Positions 1 to 12,312 of a DNA stretch of 64,000 nt are shown in pieces. Every line of letters starts with the position of its first letter. Position 1 is the first letter of the stretch. A program made the translations under genes and the position numbers. The notes below the pieces were generated by a model that was not told where the DNA came from, searched no databases, and worked only from the letters and a program-made list of their open reading frames with translations. The DNA is from Deferribacterales bacterium (GTDB taxonomy: Bacteria > Chrysiogenota > Deferribacteres > Deferribacterales > Geovibrionaceae), in assembly GCA_050251945.1 (NCBI GenBank), contig JBFWLW010000005.1, forward strand, positions 128,001 to 192,000, read 5' to 3'.

Positions 1-68
1 GCTTGGGTGCGGTTGAACTTGAAACTGCACTTAAAGTGTTAAAAAATATCTCTGCAAGACTGCCTTAA
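1..68 (+). CDS. 3' end of a gene entering the window (…LGAVELETALKVLKNISARLP*)
   Basis: Open frame from base 3 to TAA at 66-68, overlapping the stop of the convergent GGDEF gene; product not identifiable. Confidence 0.45.
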   Translation, partial: LGAVELETALKVLKNISARLP

Positions 69-1255
69 CTGCTTACAATCCTGTTTCGCCCTGACTGTTT
101 AGCAGTATAAAGCCTTGCGTCGGCAAGTTTGATGGCGGATTCCGCCGTATCATCCGGTTTGAACTGAGCAATGCCGAAGCTTGCTGTGACATTGAACGAA
201 CAGTCTTTCAGACTGAAATTTGTGGCTTCCAGTTTTTTGCGTATCATCTCCGAAACGTGGGTGGCGTTTCTTGCGTCGGCGTTCACTAACAATATCATAA
301 ACTCCTCGCCGCCGTAGCGGAAGGCGAAGTCTGTTCTTCTTATATTCTCTTTTATAAGCTGCGACATATGTTTAAGCACCTGATCACCGACCTGGTGCCC
401 ATAGGTGTCGTTGACTGATTTGAATTTATCAATGTCCGACATGACAATGCTGAAAGGGGTTCCCATTCTTTTGAAGCGGTCTATCTCTTCGGTCAGCTTC
501 ATGTCCATATATTTGCGGTTGTAAAGCCCTGTCATGTGATCCTGAATGGATTCGTTCTTGTACTTGTTGAGGTCGGACTGAAGCTGGTTAACCTGATTTT
601 TATACTGCTCCAGTTCGTTGTTTACGTTGGAATATTCGGTTGCGATGGTTCCTAGATGGTCCCTTTTTGTGGTTGTTTTCTGGTCGAAAGTGCTGACGAA
701 TGACGAGAAAGAATCCAGCATCTTGGATTTAAGATACTCTATGGAGTCTTCGCTTTTAAGGATTCTGTGCATGTCCTGAGCCTCGTTAAGAAGCTTTTTG
801 TCCATGGCGAGGTCTTTTTCAACGAATTCTATATTGTGACCCAGACTGCTTGTAAGGTCTGCCTGAAGATTTACGAATTTTGAGAAAACGTCGTCTATGA
901 AGGTGCTGAACTTGTGCTGGCGCTTTTCAAGCGAAAGCAGGTGATCCGAAACGGTGCGCAAAAGAGCATCCATTGTTTCATCATGAGTCCTTTTCGGGTC
1001 GAAAACCATGTCTTCCACACTTTTAAGTCCCTGATCGGAAACGAAGCCGCGCAGAGGGGTGACGTATTTTAAAACATCGGATTTGTCTCCGCCGGTCATG
1101 ACGGTATGAACCAGATTTCTGAATTCGTTACTGTCCGAAAGATAATTTGAGATGGTTGATGACGATACTTTTGATTTTTCCGTAGCCATCTTTTTTAGAA
1201 CAGCCGTCACGATTTGCCCTAATTGAGCTGCCACATAAGCTGATTTATCCGCCAT
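65..1255 (-). CDS. Diguanylate cyclase (coiled-coil N-terminus + GGDEF)
   Basis: DHMTGLYNR, DIDKFKSVNDTYGHQVGD, RYGGEEF, intact RxxD I-site (RRTD). Start set at ATG 1255 after a GGGTGGGG SD-like run. Confidence 0.9.
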   Translation of the reverse strand: MADKSAYVAAQLGQIVTAVLKKMATEKSKVSSSTISNYLSDSNEFRNLVHTVMTGGDKSDVLKYVTPLRGFVSDQGLKSVEDMVFDPKRTHDETMDALLRTVSDHLLSLEKRQHKFSTFIDDVFSKFVNLQADLTSSLGHNIEFVEKDLAMDKKLLNEAQDMHRILKSEDSIEYLKSKMLDSFSSFVSTFDQKTTTKRDHLGTIATEYSNVNNELEQYKNQVNQLQSDLNKYKNESIQDHMTGLYNRKYMDMKLTEEIDRFKRMGTPFSIVMSDIDKFKSVNDTYGHQVGDQVLKHMSQLIKENIRRTDFAFRYGGEEFMILLVNADARNATHVSEMIRKKLEATNFSLKDCSFNVTASFGIAQFKPDDTAESAIKLADARLYTAKQSGRNRIVSS

Positions 1256-1394
1256 TTCCCCACCCTTAAAATTCATTTTAAGTATTATTTGACAAAAGCG
1301 ACAGTGATGCAACTACAAAATTATGTAATTTTAAACTATATTGCCCACATGTTTCTCTGCTTGATTTTTCATATGTAAAAGGGCAAAGTATCTG

Positions 1395-1423
1395 TTGACT
1401 TATACAGCAAGTTTTGATAAAAA
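1395..1423 (+). promoter_or_regulatory. Putative sigma70 promoter of atp operon
   Basis: TTGACT (1395-1400), 17 bp, TAAAAA preceded by TG (extended -10). Confidence 0.4.
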
Positions 1424-1493
1424 ATCTCTGACTTGTACACTGTATACAGAATACCGTTTTATAAATTCTGACCTACCGGAGGGGATTGCGTCC

Positions 1494-1916
1494 ATGCTTT
1501 ACATCGATTACACTTTAGCTATTCAAATTGTTCAGTTTCTGGTGATCATTTTTATCGGAAAGAAAATGATTCTCGATCCCGTCATGGGAACTGTGAACTC
1601 CCGCGATTCCAAAATCGAAGGTATGAAGCAGGAGGCAGAAAGCCTCAAAGCCAAAGTTGAACAATACAAAGTTGACTATACTGAAAAGATGGCTCAGATG
1701 CGCGTTGAGCTCACAGACCATCACAAAAAACTTAAAGATGATGCTTCAAAAGAGGCCGCAGCAAAGGTTGCCGCTGTTAAGGCGGACGTTGATGCGAAGA
1801 TCCTCTCAGCCCGTGCTGAGATCCAGGCCGAATCTGCCAAAGCGAAAGCTGAAATGGATTCAATGGTGAAAGAGATCTCAGATCTTATCGCAGACAGAAT
1901 AATGCTTTCCGCATAA
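1494..1916 (+). CDS. atpF: ATP synthase F0 subunit b'
   Basis: N-terminal TM helix then charged coiled coil; GGAGGGGA SD before ATG 1494; first gene of the atp cluster. Confidence 0.88.
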   Translation: MLYIDYTLAIQIVQFLVIIFIGKKMILDPVMGTVNSRDSKIEGMKQEAESLKAKVEQYKVDYTEKMAQMRVELTDHHKKLKDDASKEAAAKVAAVKADVDAKILSARAEIQAESAKAKAEMDSMVKEISDLIADRIMLSA

Positions 1917-1934
1917 TACCTTTAGGGGGATATA

Positions 1935-2507
1935 GTGAAAAAGGTTCTTACAGCACTATCGCTTGGACTTGTGTCCTTTGCGGCTTTCGCAGCCGAACAC
2001 GGCGGCGAACACGCACCGGACATGCACGCGCTCTGGAAAAACTTCGGTTTCAGAGTTATCGTGTTCGTCCTTCTTGTTGTTATCCTTGTTAAACTCGCTA
2101 AAAAACCTCTTCTTGATTTCCTCGACAAGAGAACCGCTGACATCGAAAAAGCAATTAAAGATGCTCAGGATGCCACAGCAAACGCAAAAACGGAGCTTGT
2201 CAATTATGAAATTAAGATGAAAGGTTTTGAAAAAGATCTTGAAACAATGAAAGAAAATTCTCTCAAAGCAGCAGAGGCAGAAAAAGCTATGATTCTGGAA
2301 GACGCTGCGAAACAGGCTGATAAGCTTAAGTCATTTGCAGAGAGTCTCATTGATTCGGAACTTAAAAGAGCCAAGGTTCAGCTTAAGAAAGATGCCGTTA
2401 TGGCTGCAATCGCAGCCGCAGAGGCTAAGATCGGTAAAGAGCTTGATGCCGACAGACAGAAAAAGATTCTTGATGATTACATCAGAAAGATCGAGGTGGC
2501 AGGGTGA
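1935..2507 (+). CDS. atpF: ATP synthase F0 subunit b
   Basis: KKPLLDFLDKR after a TM helix; coiled coil; position before atpH. Confidence 0.9.
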   Translation: MKKVLTALSLGLVSFAAFAAEHGGEHAPDMHALWKNFGFRVIVFVLLVVILVKLAKKPLLDFLDKRTADIEKAIKDAQDATANAKTELVNYEIKMKGFEKDLETMKENSLKAAEAEKAMILEDAAKQADKLKSFAESLIDSELKRAKVQLKKDAVMAAIAAAEAKIGKELDADRQKKILDDYIRKIEVAG

Positions 2508-3040
2508 AAGAGAACATAGTTGCCGCACGCTACGCCGATGCTCTTTTTCAGGAGGCAAAGGCAGAGAACAAACTGGATCAGGTCATTGCACAGCTTGCGG
2601 ATGTTTCTTCCGCATATGAGCAGTCCGAAGATTTCAAAATGCTTATCAAAAGCCCTCTCATCGGGAAAGCCGAAAAACAGGCTGTTGTTGACGTGCTGAA
2701 ATCTAAAGGCATGATCGATGAATTTCTTTACAAATTCCTTAAACTTCTCGTCAGCAAGAACAGACTCGGTCTGCTCGAGTATATTTCGACAGAAGTGAAA
2801 GCTATGGACAGAAAAGCAAAGGGCGAGGCGGAAGCTGTCGTCACAGTGGCTGCCGCTATGGATGAAAAATCCAAAAGCACACTGAAAGCCGTTCTGGACA
2901 AAATCACAGGTAAAAAGATTACTATTTTGGAAAAAGTTGACCACACTATCCTCGGCGGCGTTGTCGCTCAGGTGGACAGCAGTCTGTATGACGCCAGCGT
3001 CAGAGGACAGCTTAATAAGATTAAAGAACAGTTGGTATAA
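2504..3040 (+). CDS. atpH: ATP synthase delta subunit
   Basis: VAARYADALF, ILGGVVAQV..YDASVRGQL motifs. Confidence 0.95.
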   Translation: MKENIVAARYADALFQEAKAENKLDQVIAQLADVSSAYEQSEDFKMLIKSPLIGKAEKQAVVDVLKSKGMIDEFLYKFLKLLVSKNRLGLLEYISTEVKAMDRKAKGEAEAVVTVAAAMDEKSKSTLKAVLDKITGKKITILEKVDHTILGGVVAQVDSSLYDASVRGQLNKIKEQLV

Positions 3041-3061
3041 ATAATTTAAGGAGATTGGCTA

Positions 3062-4570
3062 ATGCAGATCAAAGCCGAAGAGATAAGCCAGATCATTCGT
3101 GATCAGATTAAAAACTTCGACCAGAAAGTTGAGATGCAGGAAGTCGGTACCATCATCACTGCCGGTGACGGTATCGCTAAGGTATATGGTCTCGACAACG
3201 CAATGGCGGGAGAGCTTATTGAGCTTCCCGGCGGAGTTTACGGCATTGTGTTCAACCTTGAGCAGGACAATGTCGGTTTAGTTATTATGGGAGATTATCA
3301 GCACATCGGTGAAGGCGACACAGTCAAAAGAACAGGCAGAATTGCATCTGTTCCCGTTGGCGAAGCACTCATCGGACGCGTTGTTAACGCCCTCGGACAA
3401 CCTATCGACGGCAAAGGCGCTATCGACACTAAAGAGTTCGACGTTATAGAAAAGGTTGCCCCCGGTATCATCAAAAGACAACCCGTACATCAGCCTGTTC
3501 AGACAGGTATCAAAGCTATCGACTCCATGATACCCATCGGAAGAGGACAGAGAGAGCTTATCATCGGCGACCGTCAGACAGGTAAAACTGCCATCGCCCT
3601 TGACACTATCATAAACCAGAAAGGTCAGGACATGATCTGCGTTTATGTTGCTATCGGTCAGAAAAGATCGACAGTTGCAAGAGTTGTGGATACTCTGGAG
3701 AAACACGGGGCAATGGACTACACAATCGTGGTTTCAGCTTCCGCTTCAGACCCCGCATCAATGCAGTACATCGCACCCCTTGCAGGTACTACAATGGGTG
3801 AGTTCTTCAGAGACAGAGGCAAACACGCCCTTGTTATCTATGATGACCTTTCAAAACAGGCGACAGCTTACAGACAGATGTCACTGCTTCTGAGACGCCC
3901 CCCCGGTCGTGAAGCATACCCCGGCGACGTTTTCTATCTTCACTCACGTCTGCTTGAAAGAGCGGCAAAACTTTCTGATGCTGAAGGTGCAGGTTCACTT
4001 ACCGCACTTCCCATCATCGAAACACAGGCGAGTGACGTTTCCGCATACATCCCCACTAACGTTATCTCCATCACCGATGGTCAGATATTCCTTGAGACAG
4101 ACCTTTTCTACTCAGGTATCCGTCCCGCGGTAAACGTTGGTATCTCAGTTTCAAGGGTTGGCGGTTCAGCGCAGATCAAAGCTATGAAACAGGTAGCAGG
4201 ACGTCTGAGACTTGACCTTGCACAGTTCCGTGAACTTGCGGCATTCGCACAGTTCGGTTCTGACCTTGACGCTGCAACACAGGCACAGCTTAACCGCGGT
4301 GCAAAGCTTGTTGAAATCCTGAAACAGGGACAGTACAAACCTTGTAATGTCGCTGAACAGATTGCAATTATATTCGCAGGCGTTAACGGACTTCTTGATG
4401 ATGTTGCTACTGCTTCTCTTGCTAAGTTTGAAGCTGAATACGTTTCATACCTTAAGAGCAGCAAAGCGGATATCCTTGAAGAAATCGTCACTAAGAAGAC
4501 TATCTCCGATGAACTTACAGCTAAGATGAAAGCTGCTGTTGCGGAGTTTAAAAAAATCTTCTCAGCATAA
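3062..4570 (+). CDS. atpA: ATP synthase alpha subunit
   Basis: GDRQTGKT Walker [24 protein letters not shown]. Confidence 0.99.
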   Translation: MQIKAEEISQIIRDQIKNFDQKVEMQEVGTIITAGDGIAKVYGLDNAMAGELIELPGGVYGIVFNLEQDNVGLVIMGDYQHIGEGDTVKRTGRIASVPVGEALIGRVVNALGQPIDGKGAIDTKEFDVIEKVAPGIIKRQPVHQPVQTGIKAIDSMIPIGRGQRELIIGDRQTGKTAIALDTIINQKGQDMICVYVAIGQKRSTVARVVDTLEKHGAMDYTIVVSASASDPASMQYIAPLAGTTMGEFFRDRGKHALVIYDDLSKQATAYRQMSLLLRRPPGREAYPGDVFYLHSRLLERAAKLSDAEGAGSLTALPIIETQASDVSAYIPTNVISITDGQIFLETDLFYSGIRPAVNVGISVSRVGGSAQIKAMKQVAGRLRLDLAQFRELAAFAQFGSDLDAATQAQLNRGAKLVEILKQGQYKPCNVAEQIAIIFAGVNGLLDDVATASLAKFEAEYVSYLKSSKADILEEIVTKKTISDELTAKMKAAVAEFKKIFSA

Positions 4571-4581
4571 GGAGCTGTTAA

Positions 4582-5445
4582 ATGCCGGGTGTAATGGACA
4601 TAAAACGGAAAATCAAATCCGTTAAAAATACGCAGAAGATCACGAAAGCGATGAAAATGGTTTCTGCCGCCCGTATGAGAAAAGCGGAAGAATCCATGAC
4701 CAACGCAAGAGCTTATGCGAACAAGATTTATGAACTTGTCGGCGATATGGCCGGCAGAGTGGAGGCCGACAGCCATCCTTTTCTCACCGCGAGAAAAGAG
4801 GTTAAGAACGTTTGCCTCGCCATTATAACCAGCGACAAGGGTCTTTGCGGTGCGTTCAATTCAAACGTGGTAAAAAAGACGCTTGCGTTTGCAAGGGAAA
4901 ACCAGGACAAGAACATCAAACTTGTTTGCATTGGAAAGAAAGGTTTTGACTTCCTCGGCAAAAAACATTTTGAAGTTCTTTCAAAATACGTTTCCTTCGG
5001 CGGAAAGGTAACTTACGACGAAGCGAACGAAATAGGCGATAAACTTGCCGAACTCTACCTCAACGAGGATGCAGATGAAATCTACATCGTCCACAACGAG
5101 TTCAGGTCAACCGCCTTTCAGGTTGCGAAAGTGACCAAGGTTCTCCCGCTCTCTTTGGGAAAGAAAGAGGACGCTGCGGATGACACAGATTATATCTATG
5201 AACCCAAAGCCGAAGCTCTTCTTAAAGAGATAATGCCCAGATATATCCACTTCACCGTGTTCTTCTCCATTCTGGAGTCGATAGCAGGTGAGCACGGATC
5301 AAGGATGGTCGCTATGGACAACGCCGCAAGAAATGCCGGCGAGGTTATCAACAAACTGACGCTTACCTTCAACAAGGCACGTCAGGGCGCGATCACCAAA
5401 GAGATTCTGGACATTGTGAACGGTGCTGAAGCACTCAACGGATAG
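4582..5445 (+). CDS. atpG: ATP synthase gamma subunit
   Basis: KITKAMKMVSAA, SDKGLCGAFN, ARQGAITKEI. Confidence 0.98.
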   Translation: MPGVMDIKRKIKSVKNTQKITKAMKMVSAARMRKAEESMTNARAYANKIYELVGDMAGRVEADSHPFLTARKEVKNVCLAIITSDKGLCGAFNSNVVKKTLAFARENQDKNIKLVCIGKKGFDFLGKKHFEVLSKYVSFGGKVTYDEANEIGDKLAELYLNEDADEIYIVHNEFRSTAFQVAKVTKVLPLSLGKKEDAADDTDYIYEPKAEALLKEIMPRYIHFTVFFSILESIAGEHGSRMVAMDNAARNAGEVINKLTLTFNKARQGAITKEILDIVNGAEALNG

Positions 5446-5461
5446 TAGAAAATTACAATAA

Positions 5462-6882
<1,421 letters not shown>

Positions 6883-6883
<1 letters not shown>

Positions 6884-7308
6884 TGGCGGAGACAATCAGG
6901 CTTGAACTTGTTACTCCGGTGAGACAAATTCTCTCCGAGGATGTAGACGAAGTGATAGCACCCGGCGTGGAGGGCGACCTTGGCGTTCTGCCCGAACACG
7001 CACCTCTCCTTACAGCTTTGAGAGTAGGAGAGCTTGCTTACAGAATTAAAGGCAAACTCGAATACGTTGCGATAGTCGGCGGCGGATTCCTTGAGGTTAA
7101 CAACAACAAGGTTATCGTACTTGCCGATGATGCCGAACTTGGTCATGAAATTGACCTTGAAGAGGCTATTCAGCGAAAACTTAAAGCAGAAGCGGCTCTT
7201 GAAAGTGAGCGTAAAGCTGACGAGAAAACATTCAAGGCTGTGGAGATTGAGCTTATGAAAGAGCTCATCAGAGTGCAGATCGCTGAGAAGTATAAGGGAG
7301 CCAAGTAA
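6883..7308 (+). CDS. atpC: ATP synthase epsilon subunit
   Basis: LELVTP, GDLGVLPEHAP, GGFLEV. Confidence 0.96.
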
Positions 7309-7331
7309 GACTTCTTTAACAACTAAAGATT

Positions 7332-7363
7332 AAAAGGCAGACTTAACATAGTCTGCCTTTTTT
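7332..7363 (+). terminator. Rho-independent terminator of atp operon
   Basis: AAAAGGCAGACT-taacat-AGTCTGCCTTTT followed by T run. Confidence 0.85.
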
Positions 7364-7366
7364 GTT

Positions 7367-7490
7367 ATTTAACGTTTATATGCGGCGCATTACGGCGTCA
7401 GTTTTTTAATCTCTCGGTAATGTACTTATATGTACACTCCCCTTCGTGATTAAAAATCTTCCTTGTACTGCTTGCATCTAAACGCTAAAT
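7367..7490. repeat. ~124-bp ERIC-like palindromic element, copy 1
   Basis: Aligns end to end with 24001-24121; terminal IR and central TGTAC-loop-GTACACTCCCC. Confidence 0.75.
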
Positions 7491-7505
7491 TTAGATGCTG
7501 ATGCG

Positions 7506-7539
7506 GTCTCTGCTAGGAGCTGCAGCGACGCGGCAGTCT
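7506..7539 (+). repeat. REP-like unit (GTCTCTGCGAG…GCAGTCT family)
   Basis: GTCTCTGCTAGGAGCTGCAGCGACGCGGCAGTCT matches the units at 24143, 38480 and 61006. Confidence 0.7.
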
Positions 7540-7560
7540 ATCTTATTATAGGTGCGCTAC

Positions 7561-8613
7561 ATGAACATCTGTTTCATCAACTTTAACAAACGCTGGGGCG
7601 GAGTAAAAAGCTGGACTATAGATTACGGACAACAGCTTGTCAGACGCGGGCATAATGTTGTTGCGATAGTACGTCCCGGCACACCGTTCGTTCAGAAATG
7701 CATCGACGCAGGGTTTGAAACCCGCGTTATGCGCCCGGGCATGAAGTATAACCTAGTAACCGTCGCAAAAATATTTTCAATTCTAAAGAGCAGAAAGATA
7801 GATGCAGCAGTGGTTAACATTTCAAAAGATGTGAATATCGGTGCGGTTGCGTGTAAGCTCGCGGGTGTTCCGGTATATCACCGCGTGGGACTGCCTCAGG
7901 ACTATAAAAACACTGCGGAAGAGAAGTTCCTTCACGGACTTATAAAAGGCATAATCGTTCCCAGTCAGGGACTTAAGGACGATATATCAAAGCTGCCGTG
8001 GATGCGTACAGAAATAATAAGCGTCCTTTTCAACAGTAAGGACAGAGCGAAATTTCCGCCTAAAATGCCGTCAGAGCAACAGACGATAACCATAGGTGTT
8101 TCAAGCCAGCTGTCAGTTACGAAAGGGCATATCTATCTGCTGGATGCAGCGAGAATGCTTGCGGACGACGGCGTAAAATTCCGTCTGCGCATAGCCGGAA
8201 CCGGAAGCCATGAGGCACAGCTTAAAGAATACGTCGGCTTACAGGAGCTTAACGATTTTGTCGAGTTCTGCGGGTTTCAAACCGACGTACCTGCGTTTCT
8301 TCAAAGCCTTGATATGTTCGCCCTGCCAAGCCTTGAAGAGAACTTTCCCAATACTCTGCTGGAGGCTATGTTCACGGGACTTCCCTGTGTTGCTTTCAAT
8401 GCCGGAGCTGTTAAGGAGCTCACGGGTGACGCATGCATAGTGCTTGACAAGGGCGATTCAAAGGGGCTTTATGAGGCGATAAGGCTGTATACTGAGCATT
8501 TCGACATAAGAAAGAAATACGGACAGGCGGCACGGAAAAGGTGTCTCGATCTGTTTGACATAGAAAAGAATAGTGAAAAACTTGAACGGATTCTCGGCGG
8601 AGAAGTGATATGA
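7561..8613 (+). CDS. Glycosyltransferase family 4 (GT-B)
   Basis: WGGV N-terminal motif, KGH, FALPSLEENFPNTLLEAM. Confidence 0.9.
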   Translation: MNICFINFNKRWGGVKSWTIDYGQQLVRRGHNVVAIVRPGTPFVQKCIDAGFETRVMRPGMKYNLVTVAKIFSILKSRKIDAAVVNISKDVNIGAVACKLAGVPVYHRVGLPQDYKNTAEEKFLHGLIKGIIVPSQGLKDDISKLPWMRTEIISVLFNSKDRAKFPPKMPSEQQTITIGVSSQLSVTKGHIYLLDAARMLADDGVKFRLRIAGTGSHEAQLKEYVGLQELNDFVEFCGFQTDVPAFLQSLDMFALPSLEENFPNTLLEAMFTGLPCVAFNAGAVKELTGDACIVLDKGDSKGLYEAIRLYTEHFDIRKKYGQAARKRCLDLFDIEKNSEKLERILGGEVI

Positions 8614-9218
8614 CCATACAGACATCAATAGCTTTTGTTCTCACAATGTCGCTTTTTGTGGCAAGCCCTGGACCCGGTGCGCTGGGTGTTGTTGCGGAAA
8701 GTATGCGCAACGGACTTAAAAGCGCGGTGTATTTTATTCTTGGCATGATAGCCGGCGATATGGTTTATCTGATGTTTGCCGTTTTCGGTCTTGCCGCTGT
8801 CGCATCAATAATGGGTGAGGCTTTCATGTATATCCGCGTAGCCGGTGGCATATATCTCCTTTATCTGGGAGTCAAGTTGCTTTTTTCAAAGGAACAGAAA
8901 GCGCAGAAACCCGCACTGCCGAGCGGAAAGAGCAGGTTTTTCGGTGGTTTTTTCATAACAATAACAAATCCCAAAGTAATAATCTTCTATTGCGGCTTTC
9001 TGCCCAACTTCATGGACTTAACGAAACTGTCATTTGCGGACGCAATGGTAACTGCGGTTCTGGTGGCGTTCGTGATAAGCTGTGTGATGGGCGTCTATGC
9101 CTATGCGGCGCACAGGACAGGCAGGTTTATAAGCGGAAAAGGCGGACGGAATCTGAACCGTGCCGCGGGAGCAGCCCTCATCGGCACGGGTTCTTTTCTT
9201 ATCTTTAAAAGACCTTAA
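8610..9218 (+). CDS. LysE/RhtB family translocator
   Basis: [18 protein letters not shown] motifs. Confidence 0.92.
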   Translation: MTIQTSIAFVLTMSLFVASPGPGALGVVAESMRNGLKSAVYFILGMIAGDMVYLMFAVFGLAAVASIMGEAFMYIRVAGGIYLLYLGVKLLFSKEQKAQKPALPSGKSRFFGGFFITITNPKVIIFYCGFLPNFMDLTKLSFADAMVTAVLVAFVISCVMGVYAYAAHRTGRFISGKGGRNLNRAAGAALIGTGSFLIFKRP

Positions 9219-11488
9219 ACTCTGAATCTGTTTACGACATCGTGGAGGCTTGCCGCTTCCTGTTCCTGATCGGAAATAGTATTTGATACGTTTGAAAGCG
9301 CTGCGTTGCTCTCTTCGATGCTTGCAGAGATGCTCTGTACGTCGCTGTTCACCGTGTCTATGGTAGTCATCTGTTCAGAAACAGAGTTGTTTATGAAAGT
9401 GTTGGCTTCTTTTATATCCGTAACGGAACTGACTATCGTGTCGAACACGTTTCTTGTCTGTTCCATCATCTGCACACCTTCGTTGACCGAACTTTCCGCT
9501 GAATCCATATTTTTCGTTGCCGATTTTGTTTCTGACTGAAATTCCGTGATGATGGAGTGTATCTCGCCTGTGGCGGACTGTGTGCGCTCTGCCAGCTTGC
9601 GTACCTCATCTGCCACAACTGCGAAACCGCGTCCGGCGTCTCCGGCTCTTGCCGCTTCGATGGCGGCATTCAGCGCAAGCAGGTTGGTCTGGTCTGCAAT
9701 GTCGTTAATAACGTTCACTATGTCCGATATTTTCGCAGATGAATCTGAAAGGTTATGTATGGTTTCGCCCAGTTGCGTTGTTTTCTGCTTAATGTCGCCT
9801 ATCTTGCCGACTGTTTTGTCTATCATGTTTTTCCCGCCGTTGGTTATATTGGCGGCGTTTTCCGCCTTTCCCATTGCGGACTGACAGTTATTCATTATTT
9901 CAACCGTTGTGGCGTTCAGTTCCTCCATCGCAGATGCAACGGATGATATGCTGTGTGCCTGTTCTGCAAAGGTTCCGCTGAGCTGTTCGGTTGTTGTTGC
10001 AAGGTCTGTTGTGCCTTTTGACACAGTGGCGGATGAATGTTGGACTTCGCGGACGATATTGCCCACGTTCTCTATAAATTTATTGAAATAGCCGGACAGA
10101 TCGCCTATCTCGTCGTTTGCCGTGATGGGGATGCGCTGGGTAAGGTCGCCGTCGCCTGTGGCGATATCTTTGGTCACTTTTGTAAGTCCTCGTATTTTGT
10201 CCACGACAAACTTCTTGATGAATATGAGAGCAACCGACGTGAAAACTATTATAAGCACTAAGGCTGTGATGATTATCGTATTTCTGAGCTTATAGGCTCC
10301 TGCAAGGGCTTCGTCTCTGTCCATTTTGACTATGAGTCCCATGTCTGCGCCGAAGAATTTAACAGGCAGATAGGAAGCCATGACGGTTTTGCCGCTGGCT
10401 GATCTGGCAGTTACTGAGCCTGTTTCTCCGCTGACAGCTTTTTTTCCGTAATCCGTATCCACTTTCATGACGGAGACGGTGGTTCCTGCCTTTTTCACTT
10501 CAGGAAATTCCATTGTATCGGCGAATCTGCTGTTACTGCGCATATACCCGTCTTTGCCTATGAGATACGATTCGCCGCTTTTGCCCAGCCCAGCCTCTTC
10601 GTATGCTCCGCCGAAGTTGGTTATATCTGTGATATTGGCAGGATCGAGCTGAAATGCTATGTAGCCGATCTTCTCGTCGTCAACCCTCACGGTTGTTCCT
10701 ACGAATGCGGCGGGAGTGTTCCAGCTTGGCAGGTACGGTGCGAAATCGGAAAAATATACCTTGTCTCCCTCTTCGTTTTCCATGGATGCGAAGAGTTTTC
10801 CGAGACCCGCGTCTTTTATGTATCCTTCTTTAAGGTTGAGCCCCAGATCCATCTCTTTGCTGACTGAGTAGAGAACGTTTCCTTCGTTATCTATGAGATA
10901 GATGTCTTTCAGGTGGAGCTTTTCCATTATACTTCTGAACTGGTGGTGATACTGGGCGTGTGTTGTGCAGTAGGAACAGATATGTTTTGCCCTGTCCAGT
11001 TTCATCCTGTTGTTTACGTCGTTGGGGTTTTCGTATATCATTATCTGCTGAACGAGTTTTCCGGTGTAAGAGGGCGGAAGATATGCCGACGGAGCCTGTT
11101 TCTGCTGTGAGTTCAGTATGCTGAAGTTTATCTTTTCCAGATAGTCCTTTTCGTACATTGAAGAAAGCATAGAATCCAGCTTCGATTCTTCGGTATTGAT
11201 AAACTGCGGAAGTTTTGCGAAACCGTCGGTGAAATCTTCGACGGCGACAAGAGTTCCCTCCTGCGATGCGATGACCTGCAAAGATGCGGAGACGTTTGAC
11301 GAAAACTCTTCGATGGCAAGCTTCTGCGAACGGCTGATGGAATCGAGCTTCTGTGTTGTGGCTTCGGTCAGGCTGTTTATACTGCTGTTCACTGACACCA
11401 GTGTGACGATAAGCCCCAGCATAATAAAGCCGGAAAGGGTTATTAATGACAGTTTTAAACTGATGGATATGCGTTTTTCTTTTTTCAT
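9215..11488 (-). CDS. Methyl-accepting chemotaxis protein (Cache-type periplasmic domain, HAMP, MCP signal)
   Basis: Two TMs, [34 protein letters not shown]. Confidence 0.95.
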   Translation of the reverse strand: MKKEKRISISLKLSLITLSGFIMLGLIVTLVSVNSSINSLTEATTQKLDSISRSQKLAIEEFSSNVSASLQVIASQEGTLVAVEDFTDGFAKLPQFINTEESKLDSMLSSMYEKDYLEKINFSILNSQQKQAPSAYLPPSYTGKLVQQIMIYENPNDVNNRMKLDRAKHICSYCTTHAQYHHQFRSIMEKLHLKDIYLIDNEGNVLYSVSKEMDLGLNLKEGYIKDAGLGKLFASMENEEGDKVYFSDFAPYLPSWNTPAAFVGTTVRVDDEKIGYIAFQLDPANITDITNFGGAYEEAGLGKSGESYLIGKDGYMRSNSRFADTMEFPEVKKAGTTVSVMKVDTDYGKKAVSGETGSVTARSASGKTVMASYLPVKFFGADMGLIVKMDRDEALAGAYKLRNTIIITALVLIIVFTSVALIFIKKFVVDKIRGLTKVTKDIATGDGDLTQRIPITANDEIGDLSGYFNKFIENVGNIVREVQHSSATVSKGTTDLATTTEQLSGTFAEQAHSISSVASAMEELNATTVEIMNNCQSAMGKAENAANITNGGKNMIDKTVGKIGDIKQKTTQLGETIHNLSDSSAKISDIVNVINDIADQTNLLALNAAIEAARAGDAGRGFAVVADEVRKLAERTQSATGEIHSIITEFQSETKSATKNMDSAESSVNEGVQMMEQTRNVFDTIVSSVTDIKEANTFINNSVSEQMTTIDTVNSDVQSISASIEESNAALSNVSNTISDQEQEAASLHDVVNRFRV

Positions 11489-11595
11489 GGACAAACCTGT
11501 ATCACTATATATTTATAAATCCAGATATTTAAACTTTGAGATTATGTTACTACGCAGAAATAATGTCAATAATAATATAGAACGGTAATTCCAAA

Positions 11596-12312
11596 ATGCA
11601 GAAGACAATAGACCCGATAATAAAAAGCGATATTAAAATATGCCAGCCGGAGAGCGGATTTCGATTCGGAGTGGATTCGGTTTATCTCGCATGGTTTGCT
11701 CAATTATCTGGTAATAAGAAGATTATTGATATTGGTTCCGGCAGCGGCGTTATTGCGGCTTTGCTTGTGAAGCTTAAAGGAATTAAACAATGCGATGCTG
11801 TTGAAATGCAGCCTGTTATGTTTAATTGTCTGGATGAAACTGTGAGACTTTGCGAAATTCAAAACAACGTTAAACAAATGAATGTCGACATAAGGTCATA
11901 CAGACCGGATTTTCAGTACGATGGCGCAGTGTGCAACCCTCCATATCGCGACCCGTCCTCCGGCAGGGTTCCGGCGGATGAAACAGAGCTGAATGCCCGA
12001 TTTACAACCACTTTGACAGCGGATGATATTTTTTCTTTCGCCCGCAGTTTTCTGAAATTCGGCGCAGGGCTGTTTTTAAGTTATGATGCGGACATGATGC
12101 CTGTCCTCTTCGAGTCTGCGATTAAGTTCGGGTTCGAGGCGAAGAGGCTTATGCCGGTTTGTCCGGACATCAATATTAAACCCAAGGTAATACTGATTGA
12201 GTTCCGCAAAGGCGGCAAACGCGAGCTTTCTTTTGAGGCTCCGCTTTACCAGAAGATAAACGGCGTACCTTCGCCAACGCACGAAAATATTTTTTCAGGA
12301 GAATGGATTTGA
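11596..12312 (+). CDS. tRNA1(Val) A37 N6-methyltransferase-like (TrmN6/YfiC family)
   Basis: GFRFGVDS, DIGSGSG SAM motif, CNPPY. Confidence 0.8.
   Translation: MQKTIDPIIKSDIKICQPESGFRFGVDSVYLAWFAQLSGNKKIIDIGSGSGVIAALLVKLKGIKQCDAVEMQPVMFNCLDETVRLCEIQNNVKQMNVDIRSYRPDFQYDGAVCNPPYRDPSSGRVPADETELNARFTTTLTADDIFSFARSFLKFGAGLFLSYDADMMPVLFESAIKFGFEAKRLMPVCPDINIKPKVILIEFRKGGKRELSFEAPLYQKINGVPSPTHENIFSGEWI

Noticed and set aside
10960..10980. CSYCTTH in the MCP periplasmic domain as a heme c site
   Set aside because: Not CxxCH; His spacing is wrong. At most a disulfide.
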